DNA from: a virus
Lineage: Duplodnaviria > Heunggongvirae > Uroviricota > Caudoviricetes
IMG/VR virus record: IMGVR_UViG_3300045988_147305
Reading direction: 5' to 3' (one strand)
DNA: 64,000 nt
Positions within the stretch are counted from its first letter, which is position 1. Each line of letters opens with the position of its first letter. The notes under the pieces are model-generated. The model made no database searches. It was not told the origin of the DNA and saw only the letters and a list, made by a program, of their open reading frames with translations. Below are positions 62,576 through 64,000 of this stretch, piece by piece. The position numbers were made by a program, and so were the translations under genes.

Positions 62576-63427
62576 CTATTGCGCGCTTTCGGGGTTGTCG
62601 TTTACCGGCTGCCCCTTCTTAGTTTTACGGCTGCGCGTAACTGATGCGGCTGATTTGACCTTTTTCTCTTCGCGAGTGATGGCAATTTGTTTTTTTACAT
62701 TTTCAATATCTGCCAGGCGATATATTTTTGCCTGCGGCCAGCGGTCGCAGATGATCGGTTCTATAGAGTCATAAAGGCTAAATTTTGCTTTCTCGAATTC
62801 ACCGTTGATGATGATTCCATCACGGAGAGTTTCATCGCAGATAAACACACCACACAGCGGCACATGGTAACTAACTGATTTACCATCATTGTAGTTAGGG
62901 CTACTGGAAATGTAGTGGACGCGCAGCATTGTTTCGCTAAAGCCGTGTACACGCATACGGAATTTTTCATCCTCCGGGTACTGCTTCATTAGCTCTTTTG
63001 TTGCTTCCAGGTTCTCTATGTATTTCGCACTGTGCTCATTGATCCCCGCGCTTTTCTGGATGCGAATGTCCTTATCAATCAGATGAATAATGCGGCCAGC
63101 GGTCATGTTGACGCTGTTCACAGCTTCTGTCTGATAAGTTGTAACCTTACGCACACCGCGAAGGATGTTAGGCACTGGATATAAAATAGTCTTTGGGATA
63201 TTGAGGTCTGGGTACTGTTCCAGTTCCCGCGCCATTAAAGTCCATTTATCAATTTCAGCCTGAATGCTGTCCGTTTCTTTGAACGGCAGAACGACAACCG
63301 GGCGAACAGGACGACCGTCGCTGGCGGCATCAACGTGTTGGGCGCGTGCAACAGCTTTTTTTAGAAAGAGATCCCTGAAGCTGACGAACTCCTGGTACAG
63401 TTGTTCGCCGTAGACATAATTTATCAT
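62576..63427 (-). CDS. c1: C1 repressor of lysogeny
   Basis: 283 aa, N-terminus MINYVYGEQLYQEF; operator-like sites upstream; cognate operators across the window. Confidence 0.8.
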   Translation of the reverse strand: MINYVYGEQLYQEFVSFRDLFLKKAVARAQHVDAASDGRPVRPVVVLPFKETDSIQAEIDKWTLMARELEQYPDLNIPKTILYPVPNILRGVRKVTTYQTEAVNSVNMTAGRIIHLIDKDIRIQKSAGINEHSAKYIENLEATKELMKQYPEDEKFRMRVHGFSETMLRVHYISSSPNYNDGKSVSYHVPLCGVFICDETLRDGIIINGEFEKAKFSLYDSIEPIICDRWPQAKIYRLADIENVKKQIAITREEKKVKSAASVTRSRKTKKGQPVNDNPESAQ

Positions 63428-63524
63428 TGATCCTCCTCCAGAATTGACATGGCCAACAACTCACAGCGGATTACACTGGGAGTTGTTGGCCACCATTATA
63501 GAAGGATCCAACGAAAATAATAGA

Positions 63525-63541
63525 TTTATTAGTGCATTTAT
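63525..63541 (-). promoter_or_regulatory. C1 operator-like site upstream of c1 (Op99-like)
   Basis: Reverse complement TAAATGCACTAATAAAT. Confidence 0.5.
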
Positions 63542-63747
63542 TGTGAGTCTGGCTGGTTAGTGGCCATGAGATATTCGATTGTGTCAGTGAGATCATCCAG
63601 GTCGTCTTGGGTGATGCGGTACTCCTGATTGGATATCTTTGAGTAGTGTTCAGCAATGGCGCGGGCAGCGTCGGTTTCGGCGGGGTCTACAGATAAAGCG
63701 TTAGAGCAATGTCTAACGTCGTCGATGGTTGGTGGAATGAAAGCCAT
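63538..63747 (-). CDS. coi: Coi, C1 inactivator
   Basis: 69-aa ORF immediately upstream of c1 on the same strand. Confidence 0.7.
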   Translation of the reverse strand: MAFIPPTIDDVRHCSNALSVDPAETDAARAIAEHYSKISNQEYRITQDDLDDLTDTIEYLMATNQPDSQ

Positions 63748-63986
63748 AATTATGCCTCACTGTATTGACAACACAGAGCCTGAAGCTCTGACCTACTGTT
63801 TCACCCATGATCCATGCTGGGGTAATCTAACAACATTGCGCTGTGTGTAAGATGAGCAATGCATAGCTGTAATGCCGTTGTATAAGGTTTCCCTGTTTGC
63901 TCATTTCCTTCTGAGCCGCTCTACAACGCTGAAGACACATTAAATAGTGAATCCAAAGTCGTATTACGAAACGGCGGCAAAACTAT

Positions 63987-64000
63987 AATTTATTAGAGCA
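63987..64000 (-). promoter_or_regulatory. Partial C1 operator at window edge
   Basis: Reverse complement TGCTCTAATAAATT. Confidence 0.5.

Overview
This window reads as about 64 kb of a P1-like temperate phage-plasmid (P1/P7 family myovirus), largely syntenic with the P1 map as I recall it; no database search was possible, so P1 gene names are assigned from protein sequence memory, length and gene order. From left to right it contains: the 5' part of tail fibre gene S and a minus-strand late operon (R, baseplate genes, GPW-like wedge, Sit with a lytic transglycosylase domain, tube-like genes); an AT-rich sim-like locus; the immI/immT-like block (C1 operators, c4-like RNA, icd, ant1/ant2, kilA, repL); a second minus-strand structural block ending in sheath-like and major-head-like genes; the plasmid maintenance cassette (parS, parB, parA, incA iterons, repA, oriR); dmt; a tRNA region (Asn, Thr, later Ile-CAU) embedded in about 1.7 kb of ORF-poor repeats; ban; a minus-strand morphogenesis operon; a long plus-strand block of small accessory genes; then hot, LexA box, humD, phd-doc, pdcAB, lpa, pacA (with the 7-hexamer pac site), pacB, c1 and coi. 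About a dozen copies of the asymmetric C1 operator (ATTGCTCTAATAAATTT-like) sit in front of operons. No single locus is a proven novel system. The best candidates for accessory or undescribed functions are: (1) a GIY-YIG/T5orf172-like gene sitting between incA and parA; (2) the 48.4-56.6 kb island of lambdoid-type small genes (tandem Ea22-like paralogs, PD-(D/E)xK and DUF551-like proteins, a strongly acidic small protein, an AT-rich membrane-peptide cassette); (3) the 42.7-46.3 kb cluster with a VRR-NUC nuclease, two tandem MptE/DUF115-like paralogs, Pap phosphatase and a DxD glycosyltransferase; (4) the structured-RNA region around the tRNAs.
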